The position numbers and the translations under genes are program-made. A model generated the notes under the pieces. It saw only the letters and a list, made by a program, of their open reading frames with translations. It searched no databases and was not told the origin of the DNA. From NCBI RefSeq assembly GCF_025526975.1, contig NW_026515668.1, forward strand, positions 1,674,001-1,738,000: a stretch of DNA of 64,000 nt, given 5' to 3'. This DNA is from Fimicolochytrium jonesii (taxonomy: Eukaryota). Positions 12,503-21,753 of the stretch are shown one piece after another; the first letter of the stretch is position 1; each line of letters begins with the position of its first letter.

Positions 12503-13602
12503 ATGAAGGCAACGCAAAAGGCAGGGCCGGTTCCCAAGGAGTTCCCGAGCGTGCAGTTTCTGTACAGCTCCAGCCCGGATGGCGTAGATACAAACTTACT
12601 CGTCCTGCTGCACGGTCTTGGTGAGTTGCCAGATCTGGTCTCGCTTGAGACGGCTGGCCCATGCTGAAGTTCCTTGTGCCCCGTGTGCAGGAGATCAGCC
12701 AGGTATGTGGATAAGATCGGAGAAATTGACGTCCGGAGGAGGCAGCTGAGGCTTTTCCAGCCAATTTCATGCAGTTTGGGAAAAAGATGCAGTTGCCTCA
12801 GACAGCGTTGTTGGCCATCAAAGGGCCTTCGCCCATACCGTTCTTCGAGGGTACAGGGTGGGCACCGGCGTTTGATCAGGAAGGGAATGGCAAGTGATAT
12901 TTAATGAACGGAATCTGCGCTCCATATGTTTTCCTGACAGAAACCTGACAGAAATCCCTCCATCGGACCGAGCCGTACGCGACGGCATCAAGAAAACTCG
13001 CGGATTGTTAGCTACTTTTCTGGAAGAAGCGATCCTTACTGGGCAATCGACATCCAGAAATCGTTGGCACGCGAAAAATGTCTTCCTTCTTGGATTTTCG
13101 CAGGGGGGCGCTGCCGCAGTAGATTTGGCGCTGCTCAACGGGTCCGTTGTTCTTGGAGGTGTGGTCAGCATCTCCGGGTTGCCTTCGCCAGAATCATACC
13201 CGCACCAGAATACGTTGAAGCCGAATTTGGGGTTGAAGATTCTCGTTACCCATGGGAGTGCAGATGAAACCTTGCCGAAATCTGAATGGAAAGCGCGGGT
13301 AAGTGGGTTCGTTAATGCCAATTCAAGTGGGGTTCGTTAATGTTCGCCAGCAGGCCGCTTTCGTGCGAAATCTCGTCGGGACAAATGGAGAGCTCAAAGT
13401 TCATGAGGTTGCGGGGAAGGGACATGGGATGCCGACAACTGAAGTAATAGTGGTCAGCGGGAAAGGTTGCTGTCCCGGCCGAGATTCTCACGACATTGCC
13501 TTGCAGACGGAGATGCGAGAAATCATGAAATTCTTTGGTGCAAATCTCGGTTTGCGGAATCTAGCATTGGAAGCCATGTCGGATGTGTATGAGGTTAAAT
13601 AA
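12503..13602 (+). CDS. Phospholipase/carboxylesterase (acyl-protein thioesterase-like alpha/beta hydrolase), multi-exon
   Basis: NLLVLLHGLG|D, FLLGFSQGG nucleophile elbow, LVTHGSADE (Asp), GKGHGMP (His). Confidence 0.9.
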
Positions 13603-13861
13603 GGGGAGTCATAAAGACACAATCGTATCGGCAAAGAAAGTCTCAGGAAATATTCATCGTAACTGTACCCCAATACCCAAACATAAAGGAAAACCATCTA
13701 CAAAGTCAATTGTGTTTATAAGGTGGGAAACAAGAATCGCTCGGTCATACCTCGCTTGAATCATATGGCGTCGAAACAAAACATCACAAAACAAATGCAT
13801 AGATCTATGGAGTCGGGATCTAGCTTAGATCATCCCCTCCTACGACTATAGTCCTAGATAC

Positions 13862-16800
13862 CTACTTCAAAACAGTCTTTATGTAAATCAGATAAAAAGC
13901 CTGCACAATCGGAAGTATACGCCGCACACCCTCTTCCCCACCGTCCTCTCGTTTCATCTCCTCATCCCATTCCGCAACGTCCTCCGCAATCCGCTCTTTT
14001 ACCTCATCGACTTCCAGCGCTTTGGCGTCCCGCGCGTATCCGTCGGGCACGGCGACGACAAAGTCTTTTAGACGCAGGCCGATGTCGTTTTTGATCATTG
14101 AGGGTGATTCGAGGTGTGCTGTGAGCTTTTCGTTAACGAGGAGGCCCAAGGGGATGTAGCGAGTCGGTCCGATGGAAGAGATTGGGTCTTCATTGTCTTC
14201 GACGCTCACAGGTGCGTCAACCTCTGGCGCTGCTTCCACTATGGAGGCCGGAATCCCGACGGCCACAGAGGCGGCATCATCCGGCGTTGGTTCCACCGTA
14301 GTAGGCAGATTCTCGGTGCCTAACGAGGCATCATCTTCTGGGGCTACTTCCATGTTCGGATTGTCTACGACACGATCCGGCGCCGTGCTCACGCTTTCAG
14401 GAGACCGTCTTCCATCATCTCCACCGGTTCTGCCACAGTTTGGTTGCTCCTCATCCACCCCTTTCGTGCTGGTCACTTCCGGCACATTTATCTTCACTCG
14501 AACGTCTTTGACTCCCACAACCAAGAAACCTCCTTCCGCCAGCCTGTCAGCAGCCTCCGTCGCACACTCCACCAACATCTCCATATACTCCTCAATCCAG
14601 CTACTCGGCAATATCGCCGTCGACGGCACACAAATATGCGGCACAAAAATAAGGCACGGCTTCACCTTCAGCCGCTCGCTTGGACCGAGTTCCGGCACGC
14701 TGAGCAGAGTGCGCAGATGCTTCCAGTCATCCTCGCCCTCGGGGCTCAACTCGGAGACAAGGCCTCTCGCCATCAACTCCTTCCTGTTCCTCAGCACCAA
14801 TTCCTGGCGGCGCTTCTCGTAAACGGACCAAACGGATTTGTCCTCGCCTTCTCCATCCTCCTCGTCGTCATCAACAGGCGGGTCGCGTTCAGCGCAGAGG
14901 GAGTCGTACTCGGCCATATCAATAACCTCGTTGCGGAACTTGCTGAAGCTGACTTCTTCCCAGTAGCCGCCGTCTTTGCCGAACCGTTCGACGAGTTTCG
15001 ACATGGCGAGGCGGGCCAGAGAGTGCTTCTTAGTCACGTGGAAGGCCCAGGTCGTGCCCATCACGACGCTAGCGCGGTCGATGGGTGAGTGGGGTACTTG
15101 ACGGCATTTGCTGGTCTTGGCAATGGGGCTGAGTATCCCTGACCGTTTATTTTGCAAAAAAGCGAATCCAGCGTCGTCTTTCCCCACTTTACGTAGGATA
15201 GCGACAAACTCATGCGTGAACATCAGGAAATTGTACTGCGTGCACAGAAACGTTCCCAACGGCGCCATCTGACAGTACCGTTGCCGCTTGACGATCAGCT
15301 CTTCCAGCTGGAACCCGTTATCCATGTACGTCCGGATCGTCTGGAACGATACGGGCTGATAAAAGCACTCTCGCCTGTTATCGCCGATCCCCAATGTGCA
15401 CCGCCTTCCAGGTTTCAGCAGTCGCCAACTCTCCGCAACAACCTTCGCCATCTCCTCTTGGAACTCGCCCATCTCCGGGAAGTGCGACAGGTCTCCGTCG
15501 ATGTGGGCACTATACGAGATACAGTCCTTGTACGGCGGGTGGGAGAGGACGTGATCGTACGTTTCGGATTTGAAAAGCGAGCCGACCAGATCCCTCGAGT
15601 CGGCATTGACAACGATGGGTCGATATGCCGCGGACAAGCCGATTTCGGGAGGCGCAGAGAAGGCAACGTTGCGTTGTGAGAGTGCTACGGACGCGGGGTT
15701 GATGTCCACGGCACAGCACGGTCTTTTCAGAAGGTAGCATTCGATGGCGTCTGTGCCGCGCCCTGAGAAGTTGGACAGTACCCTATCGCCCTCCTTAGTG
15801 TATCGCGTGAGAGATAGCCTGACAATTTGAGGCAGCCAGGTGCCGTGATAGTCTCCTCCCGAATGGGAAGCCCACCGCGGCGCCCGACCGGGAATGTCGT
15901 AGAATGACGTGTCAAAACCAAGGGTGTACAGCTGGTCGTCTGCGGGAGCGTAGCTGGAAAGTAGCGCCCGCTCCTTACTATCTGCGGCCATAATTTCAGT
16001 TCCATCCATACCAGCCTTTTCGACAACACCTCTCGTGAGGTAGTACTCGTGGCTATACGCTGATATGTCGGTTTTGTAGACTTCTTCCATCGAGGTGGGA
16101 TTCAAAACCGGCGCCGACATGTCGTGTTCAGCGGCGGTGTATTCTGATTCAGCAGCCGCAGGTAGCGCTTCCATGACCTCCATTGGCGCCCGTCCTCCCC
16201 CAAGGTCTTTAGGCGGGTCACACATATCCTTATCCGACCGGGACCAGGCAGACGACGCAAGCTCAAAGCAATCCTGACACATCGGCATCCCATTATACCC
16301 TCTCCTCCATTGCGGCGTCGACTCGGTCCAGCAATAAGAGCACCGACGTCGCGAGGAGTTTTCCATCGGCCTTCTCTTCCGCGGCTGTAAACTTTTCCGT
16401 GGAGCATTAGCAGCGATCAGTTCCCTCGCGAGTTCGCGTTCTGCTTCGCGTTTCGATTGCCGATGGCTCATGCAATCGAGCACGAATCTGTCTAGGGAGT
16501 GTTCGTGCATACTGGGCCGTTTCTCCGTGTAGCAAGTCACGCACAGGTCGAAAGATGCGAAATGACTCTGCGAGCATTCGTCGCATGTGTACCACTGTTC
16601 TTCGGGCCCTGAAGCTCCCAACGCGCATGAACAACTGTCGCAATGGAAGGCCTCCTGGTAGTCCTCGATTTTGTTCAGGAGAGCTTCGTGCCTCGGACAC
16701 CAAAAGATTATGCCTTCCTCAAAGTGCGACAGAGGCTTGTTCGTGCATGCGACATGGTAGCTTCGCGAGCAGCGATAGTCAAAACAACCGATTGTCGCTC

Positions 16801-19084
16801 CTTTCCCTCTGCATTGGGCACACTTCATCTGACGCGACCTTCTCAGCGCTTTCAAGACATTGAACCATTGTCCCGTCTCTGCGTTCAAATACACTTCCGG
16901 CGAGTATCTCGCGCACGCAACATGGGCCCAAAAAATGGGCGACTTCTTGTCCCATTTCGTTTTGTTGGAGTCGTATAACAGCGCTTTACGCTTCATTACT
17001 GATTTCGTGTTCCTGAATGGTGAGGGCCCGATGAACTTCAGGTGATGATGTTCCGTGCGGCAGAAAGCGCATTTGGGCATCACGGGTAACGCCCTCTGCT
17101 GTTGCGCACCATCGCCGGCGTTTGTTTGCTGGCCGCTCTTGCTTGTAGGATAGTGCTCTGTGTAAGCGGTACTCACAGCAACCACGGAATCGTCGATTTC
17201 GTCCGGAACAAAGGAAGAGACCAGCTCGCCCTTCGTGAACGCTCTGGTCAGCGACGGATCATCTCCATCTATTATAGCTTCGGCGGCGAACGAAGATATC
17301 GGATGGGGATGGTCCAGAGGAAAGTCGTACTGAAAACACGGCAGACAGAGATCGAACGAATTATAGTCGAATCCTTCCGAGGGATCCTCGCAGTTTGTGC
17401 AGAAGTATCGCCGTTGGCGAATGCGTTTGGTACACTGATTGCAGAATATTTTCCACCTTTCATCATCAGACTCCTCCACCTCGCTCTGACTCTCGGATTC
17501 GGTCGACTCCTGCAACTCTTCCGCCTCCTGTATCAGCCGGAGCTTGCTGGAGTTGATATCAATCCACTCGTCCCATGAATCATCCCAATCATCGTAATGA
17601 ACCAGGATCTGCCACCCGCGCGCTTTTCGCACCATCCCGGTGTACCAGACACCACCGCCACAGCAGACTTCAACACGCGAGCCTCGAGTGAACCGAGCCT
17701 TAATACTTTCCGGAGTATCAGCGGCGGCTAATGCTCTCCGTTGAATGTATTCCTCTCGAGCTCTGCGATTAGCCGCTGACCGGTCGTTGAAGGAAGCAAA
17801 GTCGAAGGGAATGTCGGGTTGCGGGGTGTCATCTTTGTTGATTCTCTCCGGTGATTCGGCCGGTGTTGGTAAAGAGGAGCTCGACAGGATTGTCGGGCTG
17901 TGCTCCGCCTCTCCAGACTTGCGACGCTTTCGAGCCTTGCTTGTGCTCATTTGTTTTAGCCCATCAAGCTTTCGAGGTCTGCGTGCGGTTTGCTGTCTGA
18001 CTGAGCGGCCAACAAGTTGTACGTCGTCCATAAAACCCATCGACTGGCGGTCCCCTGATTCAGTGCCGGTAGATAGTCGTACACGAGGACTCTCACAGTC
18101 CAGCCACTCATCAAACCGCGCGTCCCATCCCTCGTAATGGCAGAGTATCCTACCGCCCTTCATTTCGACCACCGTAGCTGGCCACCATGTTTTTCCAGCA
18201 TCTTGCACTTCAACATGACAATCGGCGTGAAAGACTGGCAAATGCCCGGGCAGCGCCAGCTGTCTCCGATGAAATGCCGGGGTGGGATCGACATCTATAC
18301 GCGTCTTCTTCGGCGCCCGCTTCTCTGGGCCCTTGTTTGGTTTGGGCCTAGTCTCCGCGTCTATCTTGGGAGCAGGAGGAGGGACATTCGCCAAAATCTT
18401 ACTCCGTGACTTTGTTTGTGACTTTGTTCGTGCAAGATCCATCTCAGCCTCTTCCATCTCCGTTAGAGTCATTATGGAAGAGATTTCCGCGCTCCCCGTT
18501 GCTTCGTCTGTCCGCAGTCGTATTCTGCGACTACTGTAGTCAAGCCACTCGTCGTACTTTTCGCTCCATCCTTCATAACGGCATTTTGCTTTCCCGCTGG
18601 ATACCTCCACTATCCGAGCGGGCCACCACATCTTCCCTGCGTCTTGTACTTCCACGCGAACGCCTTCGTGAAATATGGGGGCATCTTCCGGAAGTGCCAG
18701 ATGTCTACGAGAGGTGCTAGCTAGGCCCTTAACGGCATTCGGCTGCGTCCTCCCGGTGGATATCTTGCTCACGAACGGGCGGAAGCTATCCTGAAAGGTC
18801 AAGCAGCATGTGGAGCAAATTTGACGTATTAGCAACGGCCCGCCATCGCAATTGTCGTGACGCGACAGACACCATGTTGCTCCTACGGCGTCCTGAGTGA
18901 ACGACCCCATTCCTTCTCCGGACCGGCTGACTTGGGGGTGCTCCGCCGCCTTTGAACCGCACTGTTTACAGCGAGACCAGCTCTTCGCTCCTCTTTTCCC
19001 ACGACAGCGTTCTGTTTGAATGACCCATCTGGATGGAGGTCTCGAGGTCTTGCGTATTGTATATTTCGGCGCAAGGTGACACAC
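13862..19084 (-). CDS. Multidomain chromatin-reader-fused amino-methyltransferase (putative DNA N6-adenine/N4-cytosine MTase): 3x Tudor/chromo-barrel, ZZ, extended PHD, ZZ, GATA finger, MTase, degenerate second MTase fold. 5' end uncertain (splice acceptor at ~18791)
   Basis: 1740-aa ORF with WWPA..YEGW..DEW repeats, CNQC..CTNC..FDLCLPC, HVACARYSPEV..CAQC..GATIGC..YHVAC..WCPRH, C-x2-C-x17-C-x2-C (CSYCWTESTPQWRRG), YHGTWLPQ..VLSNFSGRGT..AVDIN, VLSHPPY, WRLLKPGR. Confidence 0.9.
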   Translation of the reverse strand: MCHLAPKYTIRKTSRPPSRWVIQTERCRGKRGAKSWSRCKQCGSKAAEHPQVSRSGEGMGSFTQDAVGATWCLSRHDNCDGGPLLIRQICSTCCLTFQDSFRPFVSKISTGRTQPNAVKGLASTSRRHLALPEDAPIFHEGVRVEVQDAGKMWWPARIVEVSSGKAKCRYEGWSEKYDEWLDYSSRRIRLRTDEATGSAEISSIMTLTEMEEAEMDLARTKSQTKSRSKILANVPPPAPKIDAETRPKPNKGPEKRAPKKTRIDVDPTPAFHRRQLALPGHLPVFHADCHVEVQDAGKTWWPATVVEMKGGRILCHYEGWDARFDEWLDCESPRVRLSTGTESGDRQSMGFMDDVQLVGRSVRQQTARRPRKLDGLKQMSTSKARKRRKSGEAEHSPTILSSSSLPTPAESPERINKDDTPQPDIPFDFASFNDRSAANRRAREEYIQRRALAAADTPESIKARFTRGSRVEVCCGGGVWYTGMVRKARGWQILVHYDDWDDSWDEWIDINSSKLRLIQEAEELQESTESESQSEVEESDDERWKIFCNQCTKRIRQRRYFCTNCEDPSEGFDYNSFDLCLPCFQYDFPLDHPHPISSFAAEAIIDGDDPSLTRAFTKGELVSSFVPDEIDDSVVAVSTAYTEHYPTSKSGQQTNAGDGAQQQRALPVMPKCAFCRTEHHHLKFIGPSPFRNTKSVMKRKALLYDSNKTKWDKKSPIFWAHVACARYSPEVYLNAETGQWFNVLKALRRSRQMKCAQCRGKGATIGCFDYRCSRSYHVACTNKPLSHFEEGIIFWCPRHEALLNKIEDYQEAFHCDSCSCALGASGPEEQWYTCDECSQSHFASFDLCVTCYTEKRPSMHEHSLDRFVLDCMSHRQSKREAERELARELIAANAPRKSLQPRKRRPMENSSRRRCSYCWTESTPQWRRGYNGMPMCQDCFELASSAWSRSDKDMCDPPKDLGGGRAPMEVMEALPAAAESEYTAAEHDMSAPVLNPTSMEEVYKTDISAYSHEYYLTRGVVEKAGMDGTEIMAADSKERALLSSYAPADDQLYTLGFDTSFYDIPGRAPRWASHSGGDYHGTWLPQIVRLSLTRYTKEGDRVLSNFSGRGTDAIECYLLKRPCCAVDINPASVALSQRNVAFSAPPEIGLSAAYRPIVVNADSRDLVGSLFKSETYDHVLSHPPYKDCISYSAHIDGDLSHFPEMGEFQEEMAKVVAESWRLLKPGRRCTLGIGDNRRECFYQPVSFQTIRTYMDNGFQLEELIVKRQRYCQMAPLGTFLCTQYNFLMFTHEFVAILRKVGKDDAGFAFLQNKRSGILSPIAKTSKCRQVPHSPIDRASVVMGTTWAFHVTKKHSLARLAMSKLVERFGKDGGYWEEVSFSKFRNEVIDMAEYDSLCAERDPPVDDDEEDGEGEDKSVWSVYEKRRQELVLRNRKELMARGLVSELSPEGEDDWKHLRTLLSVPELGPSERLKVKPCLIFVPHICVPSTAILPSSWIEEYMEMLVECATEAADRLAEGGFLVVGVKDVRVKINVPEVTSTKGVDEEQPNCGRTGGDDGRRSPESVSTAPDRVVDNPNMEVAPEDDASLGTENLPTTVEPTPDDAASVAVGIPASIVEAAPEVDAPVSVEDNEDPISSIGPTRYIPLGLLVNEKLTAHLESPSMIKNDIGLRLKDFVVAVPDGYARDAKALEVDEVKERIAEDVAEWDEEMKREDGGEEGVRRILPIVQAFYLIYIKTVLK

Positions 19085-19858
19085 GGTAAAAAGGAAAGAG
19101 GGGGACTTAAATACAAGAATCTAATGCTCGGCACGTGATGCGATATAAGCGTCATTTGGACCACTTCTCACGCGTTGTTCCTCGAAAGTCTCCTGAAAGT
19201 GTCCTTGCCTCATCGGTCGACTCGCCAACGAAGATCAAGTTCAGGTGAGTGCAGTGGAAGTACAAGAAGACCAGTTTGTCGCTTGGAATAGCCTGGTTGC
19301 GAGACAGGTTGCGCCGTTCCTCAGTTCTTCGTGGCTGATGTCAGCCGTAGAGTGTGAAGTGTGGCCGGCGCCTCGTCCCGCTTTCCATCTTATGCCGAAG
19401 GAACTAGGGCGGAGGCGTTCAGAAAAGCGCCGCCTTTGCAGACCTCCCATGTCCGGTTCCGTGTACGGTGTTTGTAGCATAGCGCAGAGGCATAGCCCGC
19501 AAGCCCCTACCGCCTCATTCAGTTCGAGGGGACTACCCACTGCTCGATGCTTTTGGGGAGGGGTCGGGGAGTTGTAGACTCCTGGAACTTTCCGGCTCGA
19601 GGTTGCACTGCGAACGGATCGTAGGCGTAAAGGGTGGCACATAAAGCGATGGGGAAACATGTTGCCTGGCTGGTCCCTCATCGTGCTGCCGCACACGCGC
19701 TTTGGTCCTCCATCTCTCAAAAGGACAATTGGTGACTGTCAGGCATCCGACTATCGGTCGAAAACGCTCCAGCACCATTGCTGTCTGGCTTTCTTGGTAT
19801 AGAAATGGTGTCTCATCCGACTCGATGAAATTCATCACTAGGGGTTGGGTCTGCAAAC

Positions 19859-21575
19859 ATGACATCTTTCGTACGCCTGTCGCTGTTATCCAGCGCCTTT
19901 GCCACTCTGCTGGCGACGGCTGCTGCGGCGCCGGAATTCGATGATGAGGACGACGACGACTGGGCCAGGGCGGAGGAAGCCAGTCAATTAAAGGCTCCGC
20001 GACCCAGGTCAAGCGCCGGAGGAGAGCCTTCGGCGAGGCAGTATTCGTTAGGCGACGTGGAGCTGCGTCACATATATGTAAGTATAGTTCGGGGCAAGCC
20101 TTCCACCCTCCTCCACGAGAATCGTGCGGACTGGGTGCTGACCTTCCACCATGACCTATCGCAGAGGGAAGCCATCATCCTTGGAGCACTCCTTGCATAC
20201 CTCATCTCGTGGCTCATCAACCGGCAAAAGTACAAGCGTATTGCTGATGAGTGGTAAGCAGTCGTGGGGAACGCTTTCCGCTCCGTGCTGTACCTCCGGA
20301 TCTAAAACGGATAGCTGTCAGGTTCAATATCACGAAGGATACGTGGATCAGGAACTTTTCGCTTGTCGGAACAACGTACTCGCCTGGGCTGATAAGGCAG
20401 GGACCTCGGGACTACCTCCTCTATCTCAGTGGAAGGTTTGTACTCTTTCAGCGGCCTATGTGTAAGAGGCGGACATCTGATTGCGCATTCCGTCTCGATA
20501 GGGCACACGTCCGGAGCGTCTATACGAACATAACGGTGGGGACTCGCACTCTTCACTTGGTCCGAGTCTGAGAACACCTATCTGATCAATCCTCGAATGT
20601 TATCTAGATAGCAGCTCGCAATGACCCAGTCCAAATGATACTGGGCTTGTTCTTCGAGAGCATCCCTTACGACACAGCGGCATTCACGGCCAGGCTCCCG
20701 TCCGCGGAATCCGACTCCCAAGTGTTTGGCATCTTTCTCAAAAAGCTCGTCCCACGAGTAATGAGGACACGATGGGACTTTAGAGAGCTGCCGAAGAAAC
20801 GTGACATGGCCAGTACTGCTGGACGGCTACCGTCTGAGGAATATGCGGTTTTTGCGGAGGCGCCGGAATTCCTTGCGACCTTGTGGGCGGAACCCGAGAT
20901 CAGGGAGATTTTCTGGGCTTCTGTTGGGCTGGATTCGGAAGGGAAGGGTACCCCTTTCGACGAACCTCTCATTGAATCGGTTCTGTTGTCAGATATGCCG
21001 ACGGAGGAGCCTTATAAGTACGAGATACTCGGATTGCATCATTCCCCCGGCGGGTTCAACGATGGCGCACACTAACCTGCCAAAATTCGACCCCCAAAAC
21101 AGATTGGAGGACCTGACCTCGCAACCCAAAACGCTGACCGTCACGTACCGATTCCCCGACTTGACCAAACTGGACGACAAACAACGACAAGCTATAGCCA
21201 AAGTCGCGGAACTTCCCGTGATTCTTCTGGACTACATTGGGCAGCAGGGCAAACTGTCTGTGGACGGTAAAGCAAAGATTGCCAAAGTTCGGCAAGCGGC
21301 GTCGCAGAAAATCCTCAGAGCGGCGGAGGCTGAGCGGAAGGAGGTGGGTGCTCCGGATTCAACATTGAACGCGCTTTGAACTGTTGAGCTGAAATTGCAA
21401 TTTGGCGACATTCTAGGAGCTGGCACGACAGAAACTGCAGGAAAAGCGCGCGAGAGACGAACAAGTGACGTCGCGGACCCCGGAGGAGCAACGCAAGTAC
21501 GAGGAGCGGGAACGGAAGAAGGATTTGGCGAAGTCTCAGAAAAAGAAGATGAAGAAAGGGAAAATGACGCTCTAG
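19859..21575 (+). CDS. CCDC47: CCDC47/DUF1682 ER membrane protein (PAT complex subunit), multi-exon
   Basis: Signal peptide plus acidic stretch, TM, YLLYLSGR, RNDP, C-terminal coiled coil TPEEQRKYEERERKK...KKKMKKGKMTL*. Confidence 0.8.
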
Positions 21576-21753
21576 ATGGGTGCTCCCGCCTGTCGATCTG
21601 TAGCTTCTTTATTTTCCATCTCGTGTCCGTCGCAATTTATTGGGTATTTGATGGCGTATGGTTTTGTTCATACAGTGAGGAGGGTTGTCCATTCATTGTT
21701 ATGGTTTACAACGGCCCGTTGGGTGTCTTTTTGTCGGAAGGTGGACTCCTCTT

